Source of the DNA: Octopus sinensis
Lineage: Eukaryota
NCBI RefSeq assembly: GCF_006345805.1
Contig: NC_042998.1
Location: forward strand, 123,442,001-123,506,000
DNA length: 64,000 nt
Direction: 5' to 3'
Positions within the stretch are counted from its first letter, which is position 1; each line of letters starts with the position of its first letter. Below, in pieces: positions 1-12,316 of this stretch. The notes under the pieces were generated by a model. That model saw nothing but the letters and a program-made list of their open reading frames with translations. It searched no databases and was not told the DNA's origin. The translations under genes and the position numbers were made by a program.

Positions 1-1437
1 AACAAACCCGGTCCTTAAATCTGAAGCCAATAAAATGAACTACTAGTCAAGAACTGCCCACATTGGTCATAGGTTGAATATATTGCTAAGCTAACAAAGG
101 AATAAAGTGACAGAAGTCAACGAAACCTCTAAGTGTGCAGTGTTTTTTCATGTTACAGCAGCAATATTATCACACTATGCATCTTGAGCAATCGAGGCAT
201 CATCAGTTGACAGAATACGAACCATTGTCATAGCCGACAACAGACAATTAACGATGTACTGCGACTGTCTCACACATAAATTTTCACTATCTGCATCATG
301 TTTACAAATACTTATTTAGGGAATTCTCAAATAGACTTCAGAAAGTGTTATTAGACTTCATCATCGTGATACAATCTAAATTAATTACTGCTCTCTATTC
401 TGTGCGGGAACTGTGTATTTGTTTCATGCTGTTTAGTGGTGCAATAAAAAAACTCCGGTTTTAATTAAATATCCATAAAACCAATGAATAAGATAATTAA
501 TTGAGTTGTTGAATCCTCTGTTCTCATTTTCCAATTCTCTCATTTGGTTTTTACTTTACCTTTTATATGTTTTCCTTTAATTTATTTCTTTTTATGTTTT
601 GCACATCTAAATAGCAATTATGTATTAGAATCAAAGCAATTTAAATTTAATATTTTTGATATGTATAAAATAATTTCCAAATTAGTTATATTGAAACAAA
701 CATTGCAATTACAAATACAATTTTACAAAATAAAAAAGCTCTAATATAGCTATATATTTGACATTAACGGGAAAATATCTTTTCATATTAACAATAAACT
801 TATATACTTCAATAACAATACAATACGAATAATTGTTCGAATTTATTTAATTAAAATTTCTAGGGGTCAATGTTGTTTATTCATTATCGCAGTATGTGTC
901 CATACATTATTTACTAGGTGTTCATATGTATTATTTTCTAATTGAAAATTAACACCATATTAATTATAACTCAGGAATTGTATTAACTATTTAATTATGA
1001 GAACGACGTTTTTCTATTCATTTGCCTTGGCGTTTATTTGCGCGTCACCTAAGGAAAAGAAATTTAACAATTGTTGCTATTCTTAACATTAGGTATCCTA
1101 CATATGACATCACATTTTGTAAATGAAATATCTTAATGAAGGCAAACCAGATTTAAGCTTAGAAAGACATTTCCAGCAGTTAGCGAAACTGCAAAGAAAG
1201 GCTCCAGAACAGACACATTTATAGACAGGGGTCTCAACAGATTTATGGACACATCAACCTTTAGTCAGAATTTGTTTATTAATTCATATTCAAGTGATGT
1301 ATTATTCTTTTATATCACTGAACATATTTTCCTGGTTGCTGAAATTAAAAGTGTTCGTAATCGAAATACACTTAACAAAACAATATATTCTGAAATGCAT
1401 ACAATGTATGCTGCCTACTGAATGACGTTGCGTGTTT

Positions 1438-2550
1438 ACAAGGTGCATTCAAGAAGTTTTGAGATCTTCTGAAGTGAGACATTATTGATTTCTAAGACGT
1501 ATAAAATACTACTCTCTTTTAAAGTATGATTCTCTGATTCAAAGTACTAGTTCTAGCTCTCCAGTCACTTCATGAAAGCCCCATGAAAATTCTTGTCACA
1601 GCTTTTTTCATCTTTTCAGTTTGAGAAACAACCGCCAAAGTTACAAGGATCAAGGTCTCGACTGTTGGTAGGGTGAGAGATAGTTGTTATACCCACCTCT
1701 TCCAAGTAGTGTGAACTAGAATATTGTCCTAATGAAGGTGCCACCGAATCAAGGAGAAGAACTCTAGCATTTTAAGACGAAATCCCTTCCCGAACCCCTT
1801 CAAAACATGCACGTTGTACTTTTTGATGGCTCTCTGGCAAAAGTGATCCCAGTCTTGCTGTCGACAAAAGGTATCATCATGAGCTTATAGGTGCACTTGA
1901 TTTTCTGACTGTCTTGGAACTGGGGAAACCAGGATGCTTTTGTTGAGCATGCTGTCTGTTAGTCTTTGGATCACAAGAGTAGATCTAACTTTCATCACAG
2001 GTCACCAGAGACTGAAGTAGCCTTGGACTGGAGTTAATGAGCTCAATCATCTCCCTGCTGTCACTAATGCATCTTTCTTTCTACTTCTCTCTGAGCGCCC
2101 TGAAAACAAATTTTGCAAAAATTTTGCGCATCTTCAAATATTCATGAATAATTCTGTGTACAATTGCTATACCAGCTCCAAACTGTATGCTTGTTTTCTT
2201 TATAGACACACGACGACTTTCAGAGAGAAAATTACGATTTTTCAACCAGCGCTGATATTCTAATGTCCCTTTCCCTCCCACACTTCTTGTCATCTCTCAC
2301 TTCCGTTCTACCACCTTTGAACTTATCATGCCAGCGAAAACCCCATGCTCGGATCATATACGCTAATCCATAAGCAGCATGGAGTATTCCTTAATTTTGC
2401 ATAGAATTTTTGCATAATTTGATGCAAAAATATATTGAATAACAAGCTTCCAAATTGCCGTCACATCTCGACTATACTCAGCAAACTAGTCAAGTGTGAC
2501 AATCAGTGTTTAGTAGGAAGTGTTCAAAGTGCCGTTGCATTCGCCTTCTT
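1438..2550 (-). mobile_element. Mariner (Tc1/mariner) DNA transposon remnant, degraded transposase
   Basis: ORF 2081-2293 gives RRVSIK...VHRIIHEYLKMRKIFAKFV (mariner HTH and WVPR-like linker). It continues out of frame to LVTCDES and an 'LH*DN' catalytic remnant. The left end tacaaggtgcattcaagaagttttg at 1438 resembles a mariner TIR. The right boundary is approximate. Confidence 0.78.
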
Positions 2551-3630
2551 TAATCCGAAATAAAAATATTAGTAGGCCAGGTCATTACGTAAATAGTAAA
2601 GATATACTAAAACTACAATCTAGGACAGGTATAGCTTTCTCTTAAAAAAAACCCCAAAACCTCTGGAATAAACTTCATATATCTAATCTATAATGAACAG
2701 GTTAATGGTCACCCGTTCCTAATTGCTAGCCAAGTTTGGAACATTTAAGCGGAATACTCTGAAAAGAAAACACATGATATTTATGAAACATTTGCATTGT
2801 GAGTTCCATTATTATAATATCATTCTGCTTGATTTATAGCAGACTGAAACAAAAAATGCAACTCTCATATCGTATTTCATGAAGAGTGCTCATACATTTA
2901 GCGCGATCTGTACCCTTAACTAAGCATATACGCCTCCTTAGAGCAATAGCAAGCATTTTTGCAGAATAATTCACAAGTTTACTAGATATTTCAGTTTTAC
3001 TTTCGAAATTGACAATGAATGTTGGTTATAAAATATTACCAATACTTTGCTGTTGTTGAATTTGAATAACTTGTACTCGATACCAATAAAATTAATTTCT
3101 TATAGCTTTTCAGTATATTTCATATTTTACTCCTTTCGAAAGTCATAATTCTGCCCTAGATTTTGTAAAACTCGAAATCAATTTCTATTGAATATGAATT
3201 GGGAGAAACGCAAATGACTTAAGTATATATCTAATTTCTGAAATTCAATTAAATAATTAATAAAAATACTCTATACATTTCATTGAATTTTAGTTATAGA
3301 TTAGAGTCCGTCGTGTTCATTTATTCCCAAGGTAATATTTAATTATAAAAAATGATAACATATATTTTCTATAGCAGAAGTATTATTTTGAAGAAAATAC
3401 TTAGACTGTAAATATTTCACTGTAACCAGGTCACCGACAGATATAATCTATTTATTCTATTACTATCATTACATGTGCACAAACGCACTTGTACTCACAC
3501 AAACATACATATTCATAAGTACATATATACACACACACATACATACATACATATATATATATATAAAACATTATTGGTGAATTGAAGAAATGGAGCTGAA
3601 CGCAGATTGAACAGAAATCGTTTTATTTCA

Positions 3631-3710
3631 TTCTACACGTGTTTCGAAAGGCACAAATTACCAAAATCCGATTGAATAATGGGACCATATTGTGTCTTTC
3701 TCTTCAGGAA
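3631..3710 (-). ncRNA. Type-I hammerhead ribozyme of PLE type
   Basis: Minus strand reads TTC-CTGAAGA-GAAAGACACAA-(33 nt)-TTGTGCCTTTC-GAAA-CACGTG-TA-GAA. Stem I is 3 bp, the CUGANGA/GAAA core is complete, stem II is 11 bp with one mismatch, stem III is the palindrome ACACGTGT, and the cleavage triplet is GUA (cut between 3634 and 3633). Confidence 0.85.
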
Positions 3711-4319
3711 GAAAAAAGGAAATCCGTTGGAAAAACAAAAACAGAACAGAGGCGGAGCAAAAAACAAATCGAACTGTGCTCCTAAGAGCCCATGGCGAAA
3801 CTGTTTATCAGTGTATGTTGAGAACCGGTGGCTGAAGAATTCAACGGGTCAGGCATCGGTCAATCATGTGGGTGAGGGTGTATAGATGTTCTTTGTGACC
3901 GAGAATAAAGATCTGACTATTTAAAGAATATTGGATGTTTTATAAGTGGCGAGAAAAAATCTACTTAGAGACGTGTGTGTGTATACTGTTCTATATATGT
4001 GTGTGTGTTGGCGTAGGGGTAGAAAACATTTTTGTGTGTACGTGTGTGCGTTTGATCGTTCGGCTGTCAGTGGCTACTGCCGTGATAACCGTTGGGTGGC
4101 AGAAAGAAAAAAATAAAAAAAATTATATATATATATTATGTTTTATGTGTGTGTTGTTCATCTAAGCCTACCTTGTCAAGGAACCCCCCGCTGTGAAAAA
4201 ACCAAGCCCCGTTTGTCTTACAGGAGTAATTCCCCTTGCAGTGGTCAATCGTAGATATCTTAAAGGCTATTTCAGAATTTGTTACCAAGGGCTATGGGTG
4301 CCGGTATTATTTATAAACG

Positions 4320-5915
4320 CTATTTAAGGCCAGATAAGTGTAACGCCGCCAATGGGGGCATCGAAAAGCCGACTGTAAGAGCCCGTTTACCATCCGGCCT
4401 GGCAAACAAAATATGGAAGAGTTCGGAGACACAAAGGTTGCACTGTCTTCTGCCCCTATCAAATGGGAGGGCCACCGACAAAATTGACCATTCCAGCCTA
4501 TAGCTTAAGTTCGCATCCTTCAGTCGCCATATTAGCTTACTGAGTCCCGTGGTCTGGCGCTTGTTCACGTCCCGAAAAGTTGCGTAATGGTTGGAGACAC
4601 GCAAAGACAATCTTGAGGATGATGCCCCTACATAAGTGAAGGCATCTGAGTCCGTGTAAACCTTGCATTGGTAGACGGCGTTTTTGATCTTGGAGTTCGC
4701 CGACGTGAATCTTAATCTGCTAGGATTGGTTTCTGAAATTAGAACTGCGTTCCTGTCACTATATTCGTTCCGAGACCTGCAGCCGCTTACTACTCTATTT
4801 TCCACTACGTCACTATTAACTATAGGAATAACCCCTGATTCTCCACTATCTATCAGAGTGCTGTCATTGCTACTGCCCGTGGTACTGCTATTGCGGGAAA
4901 TGATGCTGGGGATGCTAATGGGGCTCTCTACCCTACTCCCATTGTTACCGTCAACCACAACACCCCTATTTATAACTATACCCCTAGTGGGTACTCCCTG
5001 GCTGGAGCTGAGATTATGTGTCACTGTACTGGCTCTCATATCATTATTACTACTATAATTATTCCTACTGAGCATTAAACCGGGAGCGGAAGAGGCTGTG
5101 CCTCCGGAAAAGGGTGATAGGGTCTTAGTAAGTAGCCTATTATTATGGGAGGCGATTATCTGGGCGAGGTTTTTAGTGTTGGAGAAAGCTATCCTAACTT
5201 TATGTGAGTTAACCGTGGAGTAATATTTGGAATTTCTGGGGAAGTTATTGGCGATGGCTTGTCTAAACATGAGGGGGAGGTTAGTTCTAATCTGCTTACC
5301 AAAGGGGATTACAAACCATATATGCTTATTCCTATCAGTGTGATGGGTCGGGACGCCAGCTCTCGCATTCGGGTGGGTGATTCTCGGATGAATAACGGGT
5401 CTTGGGTTAGTGTAAGACCTCCCGGACCGATAATTATCCTTGTTCGCTAAATTAAATGCGGGAGCGACTACCCCGGCATCCGCCGCGCTCCCGTCCTTAC
5501 TTAAAATGTTAATGTTATTATATACGGCCCTATCCTGATGACCGAATGATGGCATCGGAAGGGCCGGATCAATATAAATTACCTTCTGCCTATAACCGGC
5601 CTTGGATAGTGCGGCGTTATAAAATTCCGCTTTCTGCATAAAAATATCGGCACTGGCGGACAAGCCAGACAATCTTAGAGAGATGTTTTTAACCAAATTG
5701 TCTGTTACGGTTTTGGCATGATTTGAGAAGACACTGACATACTTCAAATTAGTGGAAGGCTTATGGTAAGGGCAGTATGAGTCGCTATTAAGGTTAAGTG
5801 TAACGTCTAGAAAATTAGCCTTGGTGAGTTCATTATCAAAAACTATACTCATGCCCATTCTATTAAAAAACCTAGCTAACCTGCTCTTAGTTTTCTGCAC
5901 TATTCTGTTCGTGGT
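4320..5915 (-). CDS. PLE polyprotein C-terminal part: RT thumb + linker + GIY-YIG endonuclease (no RT catalytic motif, no native start)
   Basis: Open frame of 532 codons including the stop, within track ORF 4320-6152. The N-terminal ~78 aa of the track ORF are mostly translated microsatellite and are not PLE-homologous. Confidence 0.8.
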   Translation of the reverse strand, partial: TTNRIVQKTKSRLARFFNRMGMSIVFDNELTKANFLDVTLNLNSDSYCPYHKPSTNLKYVSVFSNHAKTVTDNLVKNISLRLSGLSASADIFMQKAEFYNAALSKAGYRQKVIYIDPALPMPSFGHQDRAVYNNINILSKDGSAADAGVVAPAFNLANKDNYRSGRSYTNPRPVIHPRITHPNARAGVPTHHTDRNKHIWFVIPFGKQIRTNLPLMFRQAIANNFPRNSKYYSTVNSHKVRIAFSNTKNLAQIIASHNNRLLTKTLSPFSGGTASSAPGLMLSRNNYSSNNDMRASTVTHNLSSSQGVPTRGIVINRGVVVDGNNGSRVESPISIPSIISRNSSTTGSSNDSTLIDSGESGVIPIVNSDVVENRVVSGCRSRNEYSDRNAVLISETNPSRLRFTSANSKIKNAVYQCKVYTDSDAFTYVGASSSRLSLRVSNHYATFRDVNKRQTTGLSKLIWRLKDANLSYRLEWSILSVALPFDRGRRQCNLCVSELFHILFARPDGKRALTVGFSMPPLAALHLSGLK

Positions 5916-5916
5916 G

Positions 5917-5984
<68 letters not shown>

Positions 5985-6560
5985 ATGTACATATATATGT
6001 GTGTATATATATGTGCATATATGTATATATGTGTGTGTTTGTGTATGTTCGTGTGTGCGTATGTGTGTTTGCATATATATAACTGTCTTTTCTATTGGCT
6101 GTATGACACATTCGAGAACCGTTTTAGTCTGCATATATGCGATCCTATGCATTATATATACCTTCTACTTCATAACATAGTCCTCTGTTTTTCTTCCTTC
6201 TTTTTGCAGATGTTTATACCTGATCTATCTGAGATCCAAAGAAGAAAAAATTTTGTAGCGCTCATAATTGGACCTTCAGTCACTAAAATATAGAATTGTT
6301 TAATATTTCAAGAATTAGTCTCTAAAATCATATTGACATTCCAAGGTCGTTCGATGTGTGTTCCATAAAGGTGAATACCATAGGAGTACTTAAATTGCTA
6401 ATATTCTCTCGTCCTCCATCAAAGTTTATAAGCGGAAAAACCGGTGCCTTGATCAATGGCTCAAAGGGAAAATGCGATATGCTCTGATGAGTAGTCCAAC
6501 TCTATATAAAAAAGTATAGAACGTGCTGCATTTAATAATGTTTTCATTATTCTGACTATC

Positions 6561-6619
<59 letters not shown>

Positions 6620-8510
6620 TAAAATTCAAAGTCTCAACTTTGTGACACCCTAAATTATACTAATGCTACCTGAGTTGCTTTAAGGGCAATCGTAGTTGAA
6701 GAATATTCAGCTATGTCACACGCTAATTCAACAAGTAGTTTGTCTAGATGATGTAACAACTGGAAGCTGGAAAGTTTAAATTGAGGTGAATGTGTATTAC
6801 ATATGTATGCATATGTGTTTTTATATACGTGTAACTCTGTATGTGCCTGATTGCTTATGTATGAATGTTTCTACATAATTTGGGAGTAACTTACACGTCA
6901 ATTGTGTTTCTTTCTAGTATATGCACAATTTCACCTGTAGTTACCTCATTAAGACCTCGTTGAGTCACATGCCTATGTCACAATATGAATGAACACACAC
7001 GCTGATGCACAGATGCAGATGGAAGGAATTTTTGAATATTGATTTCCGAAAATGGGTATAGTGTGTAATTGTCGGCGCATGGATTTTGTGATGGATGAGG
7101 GAAGAAGGGGTGACGATTTGGTTGGAAATATTTTGTTGAGATGGTACGACATTACTTAACTCTACCAAAGCGTGCTATAGTAACAGCAGAAGTGCGGACG
7201 TGAAGAATGAGATCAATGTTTTGTTGTGTAAGTTTCCAACTGTTAGTCAGCCGTGGTACATTCTTTAGATTCCTGTCTTAAAAGTGTTCTTTTTCTAGTA
7301 TTCTCTAGCATCACAAACACACATACACATGATAGTTTAGTAGTGGAAGTCCAGAGAATGCCCGACAAAATATCTATTTGTTTGCCTACTTTTATTCTAA
7401 TTTCAGATCGCGTCCAAGTAATTCCCTTTGAATTCCCTCTTCTGAAGTTCATTTCATTCGACCATGACTAAATAGAGTTAGAGCATTGTTAGAGTGTTTG
7501 GGTCGGTATCTCCTGAACTATGGTCTCCCTTTGCCTGGAAATTAAGAGCAATTTCATGAGATAGCGTGTAAAATTTCCCCGTTACTCCTATCTTTATGTA
7601 GTTATGTTTTCAGTCTCTTGAAATGATGTATTGTAAACTGTATTTATATTAAGAACATGAACCAGCAAGAAAATTCGTACATCCACATAGAGATTGGGTT
7701 CGGGAATTTTACGACTAATGACATCTGTAAAACACTTTGCTCATTTGTTATTTCTTCATGGGCTTACTAGTCTGAGATTTGTTACTCGCTAAAAGAATGT
7801 TATTTTTAAATACTACATTGATAATGTTACTTTATATTTTAAACGATAAAATTTGTGATTTAATTTATCAGGGCATTTGATATGTTCTGTTCTATAGTTT
7901 TTATGTATTTAATCAATGCATTAGACTTGTGTATTTTATGTAGTCAATTAGATTTTGTTTCAGTCTGTAAATTTTATAACTTGGAGCTACATCAGCGAAC
8001 AGAATGTAAATGTGTGGGAAACAGGATTTTGTCAATGAAATTATGTAGCTCTGTCGGCATTGCCTAACTCCACGGAAATGAATTTGTGGTACTTTTTAGT
8101 ATATATTGACACGATGCGCCTGTTATCTTCTATCAGAATAATTATGTCAAAACAATATTTTCATTATATTGCTAAGAGTTATATTTGCTATTTTCCTTAG
8201 TTCTGTTCAGTAAAAACTCGTTTCTTACGTCTTCCCTAAATTTATTCACACCTCCGAACTGTATACAGACTACATTCACCCCAATTTAATCTGGACCATG
8301 ACGAAGGTACCATGGATCTTATTTTGCTTGCATAACCTGTTATGTACATAGTGAAACGATGCACTTACTACGGAGAAAACTAATGATTTCGTCATTATTT
8401 TGACTAGTATTGTTAATGGTTTTATTATTGTATTTTGTATAAGTTATTTGATGTTTCATTTGTTCTACACCTGGAACAACTTTCTGTGTCTCAATTGCAA
8501 CATTCATCGA

Positions 8511-8552
<42 letters not shown>

Positions 8553-9597
8553 CAGCGGAGAAAGAGAGAGGCATACAGGCTTAAGTGTTTTCATATTTAT
8601 GTATATAAACAAATACTCACATACAAGGAAGCACACGCACACACACACATATAACTATACATCCCCAGCGACTCATACACACGTATTTAATAGAGGTTTT
8701 GCACATATGTACAACAGTAGGATCTCGTGGTTGCATGTTTTCTTACGTTTAACCAAAACACAGAGCGCAAATATATATTCAGAGGTAATGAATATTTTAA
8801 CAAGTCTAGATAAGTGAAACATATATATGTAGACACGCGAAGAAAACAAAATCAACATACCTGAATACACATACATACTCTATTGTTCTTTCAAACACAA
8901 TAGCAAACCTCAGAAGGAAGAACGATAAAAGCACGAAACAAATCATCTCAAATACCTCGATATCTTTACCATTTGTTTATAGAACGGCAGACATCTTTAT
9001 TCAAATGTTGAAGACAAATTTAATTACTGAACTCTTATCAATTCGAAAGCAACCATAGTTCTTTTAATCACACGAACATACTCTCATACATACGTACACA
9101 CACAGAAACTCGCACATATATGTCTGTGAGTAAAATTGTATCCATGTATATAAATGTATACACATACTTATGAAAGTATGCACATAATTACCTATACGTG
9201 TGTTGGTATTTATGCGCGCGCGCGTGAATTCACGAGCATATGCACTAATATTTATTTTTGTTACTGGTATTCTTGAATGAATTAATTTTATCTGTCTTCA
9301 TATATCAATCCCAGAGTATATGTTTATTTACTTTATATTAGAGAATAATTTGTGAAATGTTGGTTTTTATTTCCAGAGATAATCGTAAACAGAAGAAGTA
9401 ATCAGACTCCAATCTGAACTGTTTTGAAGCACTCTTAACATTCTGTAAAGTACGCTTGGACTTGAATTATATGAAGGAATACATGAAATTACTGCATGTC
9501 AGCGTGTTGTTTATGATCATTAGATAAATAGACAGTATATGCAAGCTGTGCACCGTCTCGGATTTCAAATTGAGCACTCAATATTTGTCTTCTCTTC

Positions 9598-11121
9598 GTG
9601 TCAAATTATTAGGCAGCTCGGTTTTTTTTCGAAATAACAGAGTATTTATTTGTTCGAATCCAAATATTTTCCACTGCATGACGATAACCCTCATCTACAT
9701 GTACCAAAATAGATCTAATCCACCGATACATAAATTATAACGGCATTTTTTGTTAATAGGCATAATGTTTCCCGTCCTAAATTATTAAGTAGGTCTAATA
9801 AAAATGCTTATAATCATAACGAACTTTATAATGAATATAAAAATATGTTTAAATGGAAATAATACAAGAAATATGTCGCCATAAAGTTCTTAATGATGGA
9901 TGTATGATCCTCCGCATGAGAGAACGTCCCTGACGCATTTATCCATGGAATTTCTCAAGGTAACTATTTCATGTGTTATAAAGCTGTCAGCAGCATCCAC
10001 AATAGCTTCCCAGAGCGCATCTTTCGTTGAAAGCTGCCGTCTGTTTTGATATATATTCCTCTTCAGAACATTCCATAGATTTTGAATCGGGTTTAAGTCT
10101 GGTGAACGCGATAGCCACTTCATCAAACGGTGTCCAGAGAAGCCCAATGGCTGCAGATATTCCATAGATTTCTTAGCTGCATGGGAGGGCGCATTATCTT
10201 GCATGAACACTAGTTAATGAACCTTTCTACTTCTTCAGCCATGGCTCAAAATTGTCCTCAAAAAGGCAGCATCGGCATTAAATGTCATCTTACTTCCGTC
10301 TGGAACTTTCCAAGGACCAACCAACTTGTCTCCAATGATGCCAGCCCAAATCATGACATCCACTTTGTTGGTGTCTCAAACAATGAGGACGATTTCCGCT
10401 AATTCCAATCCATCCTTTATTCCACCCATCCGGTCTGTCTAGGGTGGAATGGCATTCGTCATTAAAGAGGACTTTTGAAAAAAACTATCTTCTTGTAGTC
10501 GTCTGCCCATTTAACTCTATTTTATTTATGAACATCCTTCAGAGGGAGGAGGGGGGCTTGTAACAGGTTTTACATTTTTGGCTACCTGCTTCAGGAGGCG
10601 ACACCTGGTAGATTTCGAAATGTCTTCCCTACCACAACGTTTAAACACTTCTCGGCTTGTCATACACGTGTTCTTCGCAACTTCCCTCGTTATATGTGAC
10701 AACTTACACCTCAAAACAATCCTCGAGCTACCCTTGTCAGTCATCGAACGGATAGCAGAAGACAGCACACATTTCTTCACAGTGCGATGATCTCTTCCTA
10801 GGATCTTTGATATTTCCAATGTTTTTGTTTTTCCAAGCTCTGAGACGATGGTGGACTTCTCATTTGATGTTAAATCGCGTTTTTGACCCATAATAACACT
10901 TTTATTGGACACTTTCCTAGTTATGTTAGGACGTTAAAATTGTTTGTGTTTCACAAAAATGCCTACTGTTTGTTTACATCTGCACGGATCCAATTTATTT
11001 TGCTACAGTGTGCACAAGCAGATGTTACCATCATTCAGTGAAAAAAACATCTTGATTCGAATGACTAAATACTCTGTTATTTCGAAAAAGACAGAGCTGC
11101 CAAATAATTTGACATGCAGTG
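9598..11121 (-). mobile_element. Tc1-like DNA transposon with long TIRs, degraded transposase
   Basis: ORF 10526-10912 gives a Tc1 HTH (MGQKRDLTSNEK..LGRDHRTVKK). ORF 9890-10210 gives FMQDNAPSH..SPDLNPIQNLW. Inverted repeats at ~9598-9760 and ~10950-11121 (gtcaaattattaggcagctc / gagctgccaaataatttgac). The right end is cagtg followed by TA. Confidence 0.88.
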
Positions 11122-11486
11122 TAGAATTTATTTAAAAGGTAGCCGAATTCGTTGTAGACAACCTAGGCCTCTTCTCGTGAAGTTAATTATGTACAAATTA
11201 CCTGATTTCCGTTTATTTGACTTAACAAATAAACAACACAACAGTAGAGATCCACAAATTCCATAGTTTTGGAGTTTTGCTAATAATTAAATCCCTATTG
11301 TTTTTCCAGTTTTCTAGTTTTTGTTGGTTGACTTCAGCTTCCAGATTAAACAATTAAATCCAACATAATTTCTATACCTCCGATGCTGTTATCCATGTTA
11401 GAAATAGAACATGTTATAACTTCAAATGGTGTGATCGCTTAAAGAATAAGATACTGTGAAACGCTCTGTTCCTGGTCTGATTTCAG

Positions 11487-12316
11487 AGATTATGCATTTA
11501 TACTAGCACCCATCCAGTTATTCATAACTATAAATACTTCAAAGGAAAACAATGTGATATAGGTAATATTCAGATTTGTGTATATTACCCACTGAAATAT
11601 GTGGCAGTGAAACCCATCGCAAAAGGAAGAGTTTGTGTAATGAACTCTGTGTCATATCTACATTTTAACACCGAAATTGGTTGAACTCTCTACCAAATGT
11701 GACGCTAAATATAACTAGAGAATTTAGTCTTCATATATGAATTTATTTTATGCAGCTTTCTATGTAGATTGACCACATCAATAACAGACTAAACTGCATG
11801 CAATACCATCGTTTGGACACTTGAATTAAATAATTTTCAGTAGTAACATCTGTCATTATTCATGTATTCTGACAATCATATATTTACGTTGGTATTGGAG
11901 ATAATAGTTTTAAGCATTGATCGTCTGCTTGTTTCTGTCTGTGGCAGATTATATCATTAACGGTTGTATGAACGTTAGATTGTGAGGACGGGTGAACACT
12001 GAAAAAATGCTTCGCATTTCCGTGTTCTAATAATTCTCAAGATGACTTAGGTTTTTATATGATGGAGTCGATTCATTCAAAGGACTATAAATTTTCCATA
12101 ACGTCTGTGGGGCTATGCCAATGTGAAATCATTATGCGGCATAGTAGTCATGGGAATGAAATGACCAAAATGCTTCTCACCGTTTCATTGTTACTTTTCT
12201 GTGTTTGGTTCCACGTATATCGAAAATCTTCTAAAATATCTATGTTTGTTCTGTACAAGTGTGTATAGGCGGTGATTTTTGTGATCGAAACTATTCCTGC
12301 ACATCGAATGTTCTCC
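11487..12316 (+). pseudogene. Candidate decayed exons of a Cys-rich (EGF-like repeat) secreted/receptor protein
   Basis: AG/GT-bounded blocks: 11487-11562 ends FKGKQCDI|gt, 11948 onward reads IISLTVV*TLDCEDG*TLKKCFAFPC, and a block ending at gtaagt (12317) reads VCSVQVCIGGDFCDRNYSC. In-frame stops present. Family assignment is pattern-based only. Confidence 0.33.

Larger units (their letters stand above)
3565..5915 (-). mobile_element. Penelope-like retroelement (EN+ PLE), 5'-truncated, with 3' hammerhead-containing pLTR-like region
   Basis: RT C-terminus (NFLDVTLNL, 5790-5813), IWF..P motif (5313-5321) and GIY-YIG domain (VYQC..YVG..R..NH..CNLC..E), then a hammerhead and AATAAA on the same strand. 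Both ends abut TA/CA microsatellites. Visibly more GC-rich than the flanks. Confidence 0.88.

Noticed and set aside
3700-4320. SECIS element / selenoprotein recoding as in some Naiad PLEs
   Set aside because: The ORF has no in-frame TGA, and I see no convincing SECIS stem-loop in the 3' region.
5916-6152. N-terminal extension of the 610-aa ORF as a real protein start
   Set aside because: It is mostly translated (TA)/(CA) microsatellite, which lacks stops by composition. PLE homology begins at ~5915.
6478-6530. CTGATGAG as a 5' pLTR hammerhead
   Set aside because: No GAAA core or stem III follows at a workable distance.
12059-12268. GPCR TM6-like stretch TKMLLTVSLLLFCVW
   Set aside because: It is an isolated hydrophobic run with no other TM segments or GPCR motifs nearby.
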